NCBI GenBank assembly: GCA_023439305.1
Contig: JAEXOO010000042.1
Location: forward strand, 43,321-107,320
DNA length: 64,000 nucleotides
DNA from: Pseudomonadota bacterium
GTDB taxonomy: Bacteria; Pseudomonadota; Gammaproteobacteria; Burkholderiales; Burkholderiaceae_B
Direction: 5' to 3'
The notes under the pieces are model-generated. The model searched no databases, was not told the DNA's origin, and worked only from the letters and a program-made list of their open reading frames with translations. This document shows, piece by piece, positions 49,018-57,904 of the stretch. A program made the position numbers and the translations under genes. Every line of letters starts with the position of its first letter. Position 1 is the first letter of the stretch.

Positions 49018-49935
49018 TCAGATATCTAGCTGAACCCGGGAACGGCGCTCAGGCGCCAGCATCTCGACCAGGACGCGCGCCAGGGCCGTGACCATCGGAT
49101 CGGCATGAGGACGGTGCAGAATGGCAAGCTCGAACGCATCGATGACGGGCAAGCCCTGGGCCCAGCCCAGCTCCACGTGATCGCTGGTGACGGCGCGGCG
49201 CGGCAGCAAGCTGATGCCCATGCCGTCAGCCACGGCGCCCTGGATGCCGCTCAGGCTGGAACTGGTGAAGCTGATACGCCAGCGTCGGCCCAGCGACTCC
49301 ACCGCACTGATGATTTCTTCGCGGTAGACTCCCCGGCGCGGGAAGGTCACCAGGGGAATCGGGTCCAGATGAAACGAGGGGTGGGCGGCGCTGTCCACCC
49401 AGGCGGTTTTTTCCGGCATGCAGGCCACGGCTTCGCGCGTATTGTGGCGCTGCTTGACCAGGACCAGATCCAGTTCACCCTGGTCATAGGCCGCCATCAA
49501 ATCGCTGCTCAGGCCGCTGGTGACTTCCAGCTTCACCTGCGGGAAGCGGCGGTTGAAGCCGGCCAGAGCCTGCGTCGTATGGCCGCCGGTGAAATCCTCG
49601 GGTACGCCCAAGCGCACTGTCACAGTCACGAAGGCCCCGGACAAGGCTTCCGCCAACTGATCATTCAAGGCCAACATCTGCCGCGCATAGCCCATCAAGG
49701 TCTGACCGGCCTCGGTCGCGGTAACGCCGCGGCTGCCGCGCTCCAGCAGGCGGTGTCCCACCATGTCTTCCAGGCGTCGCACTTTCTGGCTGATGGTGGA
49801 CTGGGTGGAATGCAAACGCGTCGCCGCCGTCGTAAAACTGCCGCAATCCACAACCATCAGCAAAGCGCGCAGCAGATCCAGGTCATACAAAGGCCTATTG
49901 GGTTTTTCACTGGAAATCATTTCCGCATTTGCCAT
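49018..49935 (-). CDS. LysR-family transcriptional regulator
   Basis: 305 aa. wHTH is LLRALLMVVDCGSFTTAATRLHSTQSTISQKVRRLE. Divergent from allE. Confidence 0.85.
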   Translation of the reverse strand: MANAEMISSEKPNRPLYDLDLLRALLMVVDCGSFTTAATRLHSTQSTISQKVRRLEDMVGHRLLERGSRGVTATEAGQTLMGYARQMLALNDQLAEALSGAFVTVTVRLGVPEDFTGGHTTQALAGFNRRFPQVKLEVTSGLSSDLMAAYDQGELDLVLVKQRHNTREAVACMPEKTAWVDSAAHPSFHLDPIPLVTFPRRGVYREEIISAVESLGRRWRISFTSSSLSGIQGAVADGMGISLLPRRAVTSDHVELGWAQGLPVIDAFELAILHRPHADPMVTALARVLVEMLAPERRSRVQLDI

Positions 49936-50124
49936 TCAAATAATATGCAGGATTTTTAGCATCTGCGACAAAGCTCGCGCAACCCCCGATCCAACTTGAT
50001 CCGCCTGCCTTCATCAGGCATATTTCCCATTTTGACAATACCTTAGCGCTTTTTCCCCAATGGCCCTCTAGGCCGACCGCCGTTCCCGGCAGGCCATTAC
50101 CCACACATTCACAAAATGAATAGT

Positions 50125-50176
50125 TGTAATTAATACATTTAATTTGTACATATAGCTGCACATCGCTATTGTGTAC
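50125..50176. promoter_or_regulatory. Cluster of TGTA..TACA-type palindromic boxes (candidate GntR/FadR-type operators) upstream of allE
   Basis: TGTAATTAATACA (50125-50137, 5 of 6 palindromic pairs), TGTACA (50145-50150), and TTGTGTAC (50169-50176), all in an AT-rich stretch. Confidence 0.3.
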
Positions 50177-50286
50177 TTGTCCCCGCGCATTGAAACGACG
50201 GCGTGCTCGCTCTCCAAGGGAGTCCGGCACCGTCCGCGCCGTGCAGCGCGACAGGCGTTTCTAACTGAATTTCCATCGGAACCGTT

Positions 50287-51123
50287 ATGTCCAAAGTCAA
50301 CTATTACGCCCCTCCCGGCGGTCACCCACCCCAGACCCAACTGCTGACCGACCGCGCCATGTTCACCGAGGCCTATGCCGTGCTGCCCAAAGGCGTGCTG
50401 CAGGACATCGTGACCAGCTTCCTGCCCGGCTGGGAAAAGACCCGTCTGTGGGTTCTGGCCCGTCCACTGTCCGGCTTCGCCGAAACCTTCTCCCAGTACA
50501 TCGTTGAAGTCAGCCCCGGCGGCGGCAGCAACAGTCCGGAAGCCGATCCCGAAGCCGAAGGCGTGGTGTTCGTGGTCAAGGGCCAGCTGGAACTGGTTCT
50601 GAACGGCACCAAGCACATCCTGGAAGAAGGCGGCTACGCATTCCTGCCCCCATCGACTGACTGGACGCTGCACAACCGCACGGGCGAACTGGCGAACTTC
50701 CACTGGATCCGCAAGCGCTACCAGCGCGTGGAAGGCCTGGACGCGCCTGAAGCCTTCGTGACCAACGAAAAAGACGTCACCCCCATGGTGATGCCTGACA
50801 CCGACGGCCGCTGGAGCACCACGCGCTTCACCGACATGTCCGACCTGCGTCACGACATGCACGTGAACATCGTGAACTTCGAACCCGGTGGCGTCATTCC
50901 TTTTGCCGAAACCCATGTGATGGAACACGGCCTGTACGTTCTGGAAGGCAAGGCCGTCTACCGCCTGAACCAGGACTGGGTAGAAGTGGAAGCGGGCGAC
51001 TTCATGTGGCTGCGCGCTTTCTGCCCGCAGGCCTGCTATGCCGGCGGCCCAAGCCGTTTCCGTTACCTGCTGTACAAAGACGTGAACCGTCATGCCAACC
51101 TGACGATCGGCGGCGCTCGTTAA
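50287..51123 (+). CDS. allE: (S)-ureidoglycine aminohydrolase (bicupin)
   Basis: 278 aa. Two cupin modules are present. AETHVMEHGLYVLEG and the overall pattern resemble YlbA/AllE. Confidence 0.85.
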   Translation: MSKVNYYAPPGGHPPQTQLLTDRAMFTEAYAVLPKGVLQDIVTSFLPGWEKTRLWVLARPLSGFAETFSQYIVEVSPGGGSNSPEADPEAEGVVFVVKGQLELVLNGTKHILEEGGYAFLPPSTDWTLHNRTGELANFHWIRKRYQRVEGLDAPEAFVTNEKDVTPMVMPDTDGRWSTTRFTDMSDLRHDMHVNIVNFEPGGVIPFAETHVMEHGLYVLEGKAVYRLNQDWVEVEAGDFMWLRAFCPQACYAGGPSRFRYLLYKDVNRHANLTIGGAR

Positions 51124-51143
51124 GCGCATTCCGCACGCAAAAA

Positions 51144-51172
51144 ACCCGCTGCTCCGGCAGCGGGTTTTTTTT
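51144..51172. terminator. Bidirectional intrinsic terminator between allE and the racemase gene
   Basis: ACCCGCTGC-TCCG-GCAGCGGGT hairpin flanked by A6 and T8. Confidence 0.85.
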
Positions 51173-51193
51173 ACGTTTGCGATGCGACCAGCA

Positions 51194-51961
51194 TCAGGCC
51201 CGTGCGGCCATGCCCGCCTCGTGCTCGGCATGCGACAGATGGGCAAACTCCCCCGTGAACGCTTTGCTGACGGGATACGCCAGGTCTCCATGTTTGCTGG
51301 TCTGTGCGCCAAGCCCTACCAGGGCTTCCGCCAGTTTGACGGCTGCGGCCACCCCTTCCACGATGGGCAGCCCCACTTCGCGGGAAATCTGCTCAGTCAG
51401 ATCGGCCATCCCGCCGCAACCCAGCACAATAGCGCCTATACCGTCTTCGTCCCGGGCGCGCTTGCATTCCGCAATAATGGCCTCCAGCGCCAGCCCAGGT
51501 TGTTCCTCCAGTTCCAGAACCGGGATCTCCGCAGCGCGCACACGCTTGCAATGCCCTTGGAAACCGTACATCTGCAACAGATGCTCTGCAATGACACAGG
51601 TACGCGTCAGAGTGGTGACAATGGAAAAACGCGTGCTGATGAAGCTGGCCGCATGGAAAGCGGCCTCGGCAATGCCGATCACTGGCGCACGGGTCAGCTC
51701 CCGCGCCGCCAGCAAGCCCGGATCACCGAAACACGCAATGATGTAGGCATCGGCCCCGCCTTGCTGCTGCGCCTGGCGTATTTCCTCCAGGACACCGACC
51801 GCGCTGATGGCCTCGTCAAAATGGGACTCGATCGATACCGGGCCGCTGCGCGGATTGCTGGCACTGATCAGTGTGCCCGGCGCCGCCACCCGCCGGGCGG
51901 CCAGCTCGATCTTATGCGTCATGGACGCCGTGGTATTGGGATTGATCAGCCGAATCTGCAT
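51194..51961 (-). CDS. Asp/Glu/hydantoin racemase family enzyme (allantoin/hydantoin racemase type)
   Basis: 255 aa. Two catalytic-Cys contexts, IIACFGDPG and VLGCGGMA, are present. Confidence 0.85.
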   Translation of the reverse strand: MQIRLINPNTTASMTHKIELAARRVAAPGTLISASNPRSGPVSIESHFDEAISAVGVLEEIRQAQQQGGADAYIIACFGDPGLLAARELTRAPVIGIAEAAFHAASFISTRFSIVTTLTRTCVIAEHLLQMYGFQGHCKRVRAAEIPVLELEEQPGLALEAIIAECKRARDEDGIGAIVLGCGGMADLTEQISREVGLPIVEGVAAAVKLAEALVGLGAQTSKHGDLAYPVSKAFTGEFAHLSHAEHEAGMAARA

Positions 51962-52750
51962 TCAAAGTCTCCGTTTTTTCTGTGTTGTGGTTTTGCCTGC
52001 CGGGGACAGGGATTGGTAGGCCCGGGAATCAAATTGACTTAGCACCGCCTTCAGATCAAAGGGTTCGGCGGGGCTGGGCTCCTGCACCACGCTGCGCTCC
52101 ACATCTTTCAGGTGGGTCTCCATCCACACACGGGCCTCGTCCGCACGGCGCTCACGCAACAGCGGCAGGATCTCGCCATGCTTGCTGGGCGGGCAGCCGC
52201 AGCTGTGCGGCGCGCCGAACGTGGCGATGACCAGCGAGGTGCGCGCCACCAGATCGCTCAGAAAGTGGCTGATGATCTCGTTATCGGCCAGTCGCGCCAG
52301 GGCCAGGTGGAACTGGCCTGACAGATAAATGGCGCGGCGGCGGTCATCGTCGCGCTCGGCCTGATTTTCCTGCTCCAGCAAGACTTCCAGCTCACTCAAG
52401 CGCTCCGGCGTAACTTTGGCGACGATGGACGCAATGGCCCCGCATTCCACGATCTGGCGCGAGGCGAATAGATCGCGGGCATCTTTGAGCGTGGGCTGGG
52501 CGACGCTGGCACCATGATTCATGCGCACATCCACCAGGCCTTTATGCGCCAGCTTCTGCAGCACCTTGCGAATACTGGTGCGGCTGACGCCGTAGGTTTC
52601 CGCCAGGGTGTCTTCGGGGAGTTTGGTGCCCGGCTCCAGCTGCAAGCCCACGATCGCCATGTACAGATGCGCGAAAATACCGTCATCCTTGGTCTGGCGC
52701 GTGTCATCCACTTCGTTCAGCACCGGGTCGAGTGATATTTTCCTGTTCAT
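51962..52750 (-). CDS. GntR-family regulator (FadR/FCD subfamily)
   Basis: 262 aa from ATG 52750. wHTH is LPEDTLAETYGVSRTSIRKVLQKLAHKGLV, followed by an FCD-like helical domain. The stop abuts the racemase ATG (TGAATG). Confidence 0.85.
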   Translation of the reverse strand: MNRKISLDPVLNEVDDTRQTKDDGIFAHLYMAIVGLQLEPGTKLPEDTLAETYGVSRTSIRKVLQKLAHKGLVDVRMNHGASVAQPTLKDARDLFASRQIVECGAIASIVAKVTPERLSELEVLLEQENQAERDDDRRRAIYLSGQFHLALARLADNEIISHFLSDLVARTSLVIATFGAPHSCGCPPSKHGEILPLLRERRADEARVWMETHLKDVERSVVQEPSPAEPFDLKAVLSQFDSRAYQSLSPAGKTTTQKKRRL

Positions 52751-52964
52751 CTTGTATCCAATAAATAAATTAAATCGTATCCAATTTTCGATCAACTTCA
52801 AGCACTATATAACAGCAACATCAGAATGTCAGCTCTTGTTCAGGAAAGATAGATACGTTGAAAAATACGAAACCAGGCTTGGAATCTCGATAACGTCCAG
52901 GTTCCGAAGCTCATGCTCACAGGGATCTAGGGAAAACGCTAGTGTCGGAAAACTACTTTATGCC

Positions 52965-52999
52965 TATAATTCGACACATGGTTGTATACATTATCGAAT
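52965..52999 (+). promoter_or_regulatory. Candidate promoter -10 box plus palindromic operator for the SSS operon
   Basis: TATAAT (52965-52970) is followed by ATTCGA...TCGAAT (52969-52974 / 52994-52999), which encloses the perfect palindrome TGTATACA (52983-52990). No good -35 element was seen. Confidence 0.3.
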
Positions 53000-53217
53000 G
53001 AAAAATTGCACAATCTGATGCACTTCCATCAGATAAAGTTAGCTCCGTAACGCCGACAACAATAACGCAGAATGGGCCTGCCGGAGACACAAGAACGTGA
53101 TGCCTGACCGGCGCCTGCCGGCTGGCCACGCTGAAGCGCTGCATCGCCCCGGCGATGCACGCGTCCTTTCCATGTGAACCAAGAAAACGCGCCGATACAG
53201 GCGTGGAGGAGACGGCT

Positions 53218-53346
53218 ATGTCCGAATACGGCCTGGCAATTTTCATTTTTGCCCTCGGGGCGGGAACCTCGCTGCTGCTGGTGGGGTACATCATGCGCAA
53301 CTACTTCCGCTACAAGCGTGAAGACGGCATCGTCAAGGAGCAGTAG
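53218..53346 (+). CDS. Small single-TM protein upstream of the SSS transporter
   Basis: 42 aa: MSEYGLAIFIFALGAGTSLLLVGYIMRNYFRYKREDGIVKEQ. A strong GGAGGAG RBS precedes it, and it ends 2 nt before the transporter ATG. Confidence 0.5.
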   Translation: MSEYGLAIFIFALGAGTSLLLVGYIMRNYFRYKREDGIVKEQ

Positions 53347-53348
53347 CC

Positions 53349-54782
53349 ATGGAGACGACTTTCATTTCTCCCGGCCTGGCCCTGGCTATCATCGGACTGA
53401 TGTCCGTGATGATCCTGGGCTTCGGCGTCTACGTGAGCAAGCGCCACGTCAAGAATGCCAACGACTTCCTGTATGCAGGACGCAATGTGGGTCTGGCGCT
53501 GGGCACGGCTACGCTGGTAGCGGCCTGGATCACGGGCAACACCACCATGGCCGCTCCCGAGCTCGCCTATAACGTGGGCCTGATCGGCTCGCTGGCCATC
53601 AGTACCATGGGCTTGTCGCTGGCCATGTTCGCCCCCTTGGCCAGCCGGATCAAACGGCTGATGCCCCAGGGCTATTCCAGCGGCGAATTCATCCGCCGCC
53701 GCTACGGCGACCTGGCCTGGAAACTGTACTTGGTCCTGGCCGTGTACTACTTCCTGGGTTTTCTGGTGACGCAGGCCATGGCCGGCGGCATTTTGCTGCA
53801 GGCGCTGTCGGGGGTGGACTACAAGATCGGCATGCTGACCATCATGGCCGTCTGCACCTACTACACCCTGAAAGGCGGCCTGAAGGCCATCCTGGCCACC
53901 GACTTCCTGCTCAGCCTGATCATTCTGGGCACGCTGTTCGCGGTAGCCGCCTGGTCCTACTGGAATTTCGACCTGAGCCAGATCTATACCCAGACCGCCG
54001 AATTGCGTCCGTCCACATTGAACATCCTGACCGCCGCCGGCCTGATGTTCGTCGGCGGCAACTTCCTGTTCGGCTGCGGCGAGATCTTCCATAGCAACAT
54101 CTGGTGGCAGCGCGTCTATGCCTCCAGCGAACGCACGGCATCGCGCTCCTTCGTGCTGGCCGGCCTGATCTGGTTTGCCGTACCCATCGTGGCCGGCTCT
54201 CTGGCGTTCATCGCCATCAGCCAGAAGTACAGCATCCCCCAGGTGAACATGATTTTCCCCGTCGTGGTGTCCCAGATCATGGGCGCAGGCGGAGCCGTGC
54301 TGGTGCTGATCATCATCTACGCCGCCCTGGCTTCCACCGTCAGCTCGCTGCTGACCGGCGCCGCCGGCCTGATCGTCAATGACATTTATCGTGGCGTGAT
54401 CAATCCCCAGGCCAGCGATCAGACGGTACAACGCTACGTGCGCTACGCCATCATCGTCCTGGCGATCGTGACCGCCGCCATTGCCTGGAACCCCTACGAA
54501 TCCATGTACCTGGTGCTGCTCTTGACCGGCCCCGCCGTGGCCGCCATGATCTGGCCCATCGTCTTCGGCATCTATACCCGCGAAACCAATCAAAGCTCGG
54601 CCTTCTGGGCGATGCTGCTGGGCACCGTCGCCGGACTGGCCGCCTACTTCTGGATTTCGCCCTACGCCGCCGCCATCGTGTCGGCCGTGCTCTCGGGACT
54701 GGTGGTCTACCTGAGCACCTTGATGAATCCGAATCGCGCCTTCCAATGGCGTCAACTGGACCACGAGCCTGCCGGCCGCTAA
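53349..54782 (+). CDS. Sodium:solute symporter (SSS) family transporter
   Basis: 477 aa with about 13 TM segments. DFLYAGRNVG is a typical SSS N-terminal motif. The substrate is not inferable from the sequence. Confidence 0.9.
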   Translation: METTFISPGLALAIIGLMSVMILGFGVYVSKRHVKNANDFLYAGRNVGLALGTATLVAAWITGNTTMAAPELAYNVGLIGSLAISTMGLSLAMFAPLASRIKRLMPQGYSSGEFIRRRYGDLAWKLYLVLAVYYFLGFLVTQAMAGGILLQALSGVDYKIGMLTIMAVCTYYTLKGGLKAILATDFLLSLIILGTLFAVAAWSYWNFDLSQIYTQTAELRPSTLNILTAAGLMFVGGNFLFGCGEIFHSNIWWQRVYASSERTASRSFVLAGLIWFAVPIVAGSLAFIAISQKYSIPQVNMIFPVVVSQIMGAGGAVLVLIIIYAALASTVSSLLTGAAGLIVNDIYRGVINPQASDQTVQRYVRYAIIVLAIVTAAIAWNPYESMYLVLLLTGPAVAAMIWPIVFGIYTRETNQSSAFWAMLLGTVAGLAAYFWISPYAAAIVSAVLSGLVVYLSTLMNPNRAFQWRQLDHEPAGR

Positions 54783-54799
54783 GCCGCCTGGAGACCAAC

Positions 54800-54937
54800 A
54801 TGACCGAATTCGTCCTGAACTTCAATCAGTCCATTTTCAGCCTCGTCATCATTGGCGCCATCGCTGGCGTCGGAGGCACTCTGCTGTTCCTGGTGGGGAT
54901 CTTGCTCAAAGAGATCCGCAACGGGGAACTGTGGTAA
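54800..54937 (+). CDS. Small single-TM protein downstream of the SSS transporter
   Basis: 45 aa: MTEFVLNFNQSIFSLVIIGAIAGVGGTLLFLVGILLKEIRNGELW. GGAGA lies 5 nt upstream. Confidence 0.5.
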   Translation: MTEFVLNFNQSIFSLVIIGAIAGVGGTLLFLVGILLKEIRNGELW

Positions 54938-54952
54938 TTCAAGGAGTCAACC

Positions 54953-55438
54953 ATGAACGATAAAGACTATCTGATGCAATCAATCCGCATCGCGGAAGAG
55001 AATGTGGCGCGTGGCGGCCAACCCTTCGGGGCCGTGCTGGTGCGCGACGGACAGGTGTTGGCCGAGGGCGTGAACGAAACCTATATCGACCACGACCCTA
55101 CCGCCCATGCCGAAATCCAGGCCCTGCGCAATGCCAGCCGTCAATGGCGCGAAAGCAGCCACCCCGGCACTACCATGTATGCCAGCGGCATTCCCTGCGC
55201 CATGTGCATGTCGGCCATGATCGCCGCCGGCGTGGATCGCGTGGTCTACTGCGCGGGCGACGATGCTGGCGCCCCGTATGGCTGGTCCACGGCGCACCTG
55301 TACGAGCGCATGCAGCGCCAGTTCGGCGATCAGGGCATCACGGTGGAGCACATGCCCTTGCCCGATAAGCAGCCCGTCTTTGAAGCCTGGAAAGAGCGCT
55401 TCGGAATGGGACCGAACGACGGGCTGAAGTTGGACTGA
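54953..55438 (+). CDS. CDA-fold deaminase, GuaD-type guanine deaminase-like
   Basis: 161 aa. PFGAVLV, DPTAHAE and PCAMC zinc motifs are present. The overall pattern resembles B. subtilis GuaD. Confidence 0.85.
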   Translation: MNDKDYLMQSIRIAEENVARGGQPFGAVLVRDGQVLAEGVNETYIDHDPTAHAEIQALRNASRQWRESSHPGTTMYASGIPCAMCMSAMIAAGVDRVVYCAGDDAGAPYGWSTAHLYERMQRQFGDQGITVEHMPLPDKQPVFEAWKERFGMGPNDGLKLD

Positions 55439-55448
55439 GCCCTTTTCG

Positions 55449-55474
55449 AACCCGCCTTACGGCGGGTTTTTTTT
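55449..55474 (+). terminator. Intrinsic terminator after the deaminase gene
   Basis: AACCCGCC-TTAC-GGCGGGTT hairpin followed by a T-run. Confidence 0.85.
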
Positions 55475-55577
55475 GATTTCATGCTCCGACGCTCGCTGTT
55501 TCATTCACATCACGATTGCCCTTTTACGATTTCCCCATTGCTCATTACCCAGAATTTTCTGATAATAAAAAGCTAAT

Positions 55578-55596
55578 GCGAATTATTATCATTAAT
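55578..55596. promoter_or_regulatory. Fur box candidate
   Basis: GCGAATTATTATCATTAAT matches the 19-bp consensus GATAATGATAATCATTATC at 13 of 19 positions (hand count). It lies 18 nt upstream of the receptor GTG start. Confidence 0.55.
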
Positions 55597-55613
55597 ATTT
55601 ATAGGGGTATTCT

Positions 55614-57797
55614 GTGCCTTTGCCGTCCCGTCCGTCGACTCAGACCTGCATCGCCCTGACCCTGCTGTCCATGTTCGGCACGGCCCAGGCTCAACACTCG
55701 GACGAAAGCGCCACCTTGGCGCCCATCACCGTCAAAAGCTCCGGACAGCAGGACGCGGTCGGATACGTCGCACAGGACAGCGTCACGGCCACCAAGACCG
55801 ACACGCCCATCATCGAAATCCCCCAATCTATTTCCGTCATCACGCAAGACCAGATGCGCGAACAAGGCGCGCAGACCCTGAACCAAGTTCTGCGCTATAC
55901 CTCCGGCGTCGCGCCCGAAACACGCGGTGCGGTGGCCTCCCGCCTGGATCAGTTCAATGTGCGCGGATTTTCCGCCACCACGCTGCTGGACGGCATGCGC
56001 GTATTCGGCTCGCGCGACGCCTTACCTCAAACTGACGCCTATCGCTTGCAGCGCGTGGATGTGCTGAAGGGACCATCCTCTGTCATGTTCGGTCAAGGCG
56101 GCCCGGGCGGCGTGGTGAACCAGATCAGCAAGCGCCCCACCCGCGAGCGCCTGAACGAAGTAGAACTGCAACTGGGCGATCACCATTACCGCCGCGCAAA
56201 TATGGATTTCTCGGGCGCCGTGGATAAAGACGAACAATGGCTGTACCGCCTGACAGGCTCCATCTACAAATCCAACGGCCAGATCAACGAGACCCGCGAA
56301 GAGCGTTATTTCATTGCGCCGGCGCTGACCTGGCAGCCCACGGCCGACACCCGCCTGACACTGCTGGCAAACTTCCAGCGCGATCCCCACATGGGGTCTT
56401 ATGGGTCGGTGCCCGGCATACGCAGCGTGTTCGACGCCCCCGATGGCATCCGCCTGGATCCGGACTTCTATGACGGCGACGCCGACTTCGAAACCAGCGA
56501 CCGCCGCCATCAGTCCATCGGCTACGAATTCGAGCATCGATTCAATCCTGCCGTCACCGTGCGTTCGCAAGCGCGCTACCTGCATGCCGAAGGTATCTAC
56601 CGCAGCGTCTATTCCAACGGCTATCTGCCCGGCGACAGCAGCTACCGCTATCTGAAGCGCAGCAAGGGCGGCACGGACGTCAACATGGACAGCTACACGC
56701 TGGACAACAATATCCAGGGCCGTTTTTCGACTGGTGCGCTGGATCACACGCTGGTAGCCGGCGTGGACTTCGCCCACCTGCAATCGGACACCCTGGCCAG
56801 CAGCTTCGATGCCGCCCCCCCGCTGGATATTTTCAATCCCGATTACCGGCAGCCTATAGGCCCGGTGAACTGGATCAGCGACACCCGCCAGCGCCAATAC
56901 CACACCGGCATCTACCTGCAGGACCAGATCCAGATCGACAAGTGGTCGCTGCTGCTGGGCGGGCGCTATGATTGGGCGCGCACCGTATCGGAGGCGCGCA
57001 GCCTGAGCAACGGCGCAATCACGCCCTCAGCAACCCGCTCCAAAGCCTTCACCGGACGGGCGGGCCTGATCTATAACTTCGACAACGGCGTCGCCCCCTA
57101 CTTCAGCTATGCCGAATCGTTCGAGCCGCAGTCGGGCACGGACGCACAAGACAAGCCATTCGACCCCTTGCGCGGCGAGCAATTTGAAGTCGGCGTGAAG
57201 TACCAGCCGCCCGGCACCCGCTCCCTGTATTCGGCCGCACTGTTCGACATCCGCCGCAAAAATATGCTGACCGCCATCCCCGGCTGCGTCGGCTCCAAAT
57301 GCCAGGAACAGACGGGCGAAGTACGCACTCAAGGCCTGGAGCTGGAAGCCCGCAGCGAATTTGCCCAGGGACTGAGCCTGATTGCTAACTATTCCTACAT
57401 CGCCAACGAATACACCAAGGACAACGCCACCCCCAGCCGCCCCAGCCTGGAAGGCATGACGCCCTACGGCACGCCCAAGCACCAGGCCTCGGTCTGGGCG
57501 CGCTACCAGCTCCAGTCCGGCCCGCTCAGCGGGCTGGGCATGGCCGCTGGGCTGCGCTATCGCGGCACCAGCTACGGCGGCTCCTACAACAACTTCAAAG
57601 TCCCGGCCAGTACGCTGGTGGATATGGCCCTGGACTATGACCTGGGCCGGGCCAGCCCTGCCCTGAAAGGCATGGACGTGGCGCTGAATGTCTCCAACCT
57701 TTTCGACACGCGCAATATCAGTTCGTGCACGTCGGAAGAGTGGTGCTGGTATGGCTACCAGCGCAGTGTGAAAGCCACCTTGCGCTATCGCTGGTAA
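55614..57797 (+). CDS. TonB-dependent siderophore receptor
   Basis: 727 aa with a GTG start. Signal peptide, plug motifs (DTPIIEIPQSISVIT, VDVLKGPSSVMFG), and a C-terminal ...ATLRYRW barrel terminus are present. Confidence 0.9.
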   Translation: MPLPSRPSTQTCIALTLLSMFGTAQAQHSDESATLAPITVKSSGQQDAVGYVAQDSVTATKTDTPIIEIPQSISVITQDQMREQGAQTLNQVLRYTSGVAPETRGAVASRLDQFNVRGFSATTLLDGMRVFGSRDALPQTDAYRLQRVDVLKGPSSVMFGQGGPGGVVNQISKRPTRERLNEVELQLGDHHYRRANMDFSGAVDKDEQWLYRLTGSIYKSNGQINETREERYFIAPALTWQPTADTRLTLLANFQRDPHMGSYGSVPGIRSVFDAPDGIRLDPDFYDGDADFETSDRRHQSIGYEFEHRFNPAVTVRSQARYLHAEGIYRSVYSNGYLPGDSSYRYLKRSKGGTDVNMDSYTLDNNIQGRFSTGALDHTLVAGVDFAHLQSDTLASSFDAAPPLDIFNPDYRQPIGPVNWISDTRQRQYHTGIYLQDQIQIDKWSLLLGGRYDWARTVSEARSLSNGAITPSATRSKAFTGRAGLIYNFDNGVAPYFSYAESFEPQSGTDAQDKPFDPLRGEQFEVGVKYQPPGTRSLYSAALFDIRRKNMLTAIPGCVGSKCQEQTGEVRTQGLELEARSEFAQGLSLIANYSYIANEYTKDNATPSRPSLEGMTPYGTPKHQASVWARYQLQSGPLSGLGMAAGLRYRGTSYGGSYNNFKVPASTLVDMALDYDLGRASPALKGMDVALNVSNLFDTRNISSCTSEEWCWYGYQRSVKATLRYRW

Positions 57798-57904
57798 ATC
57801 TGCAAGACGCCCTTCCGATTACGGGATTCAGGTGTCTCAAACGTCTTTATTAATAAGCCATCCGTTCTTTGGCCCCTTACAACAACCTTTTGAAAAGGAA
57901 ATCC

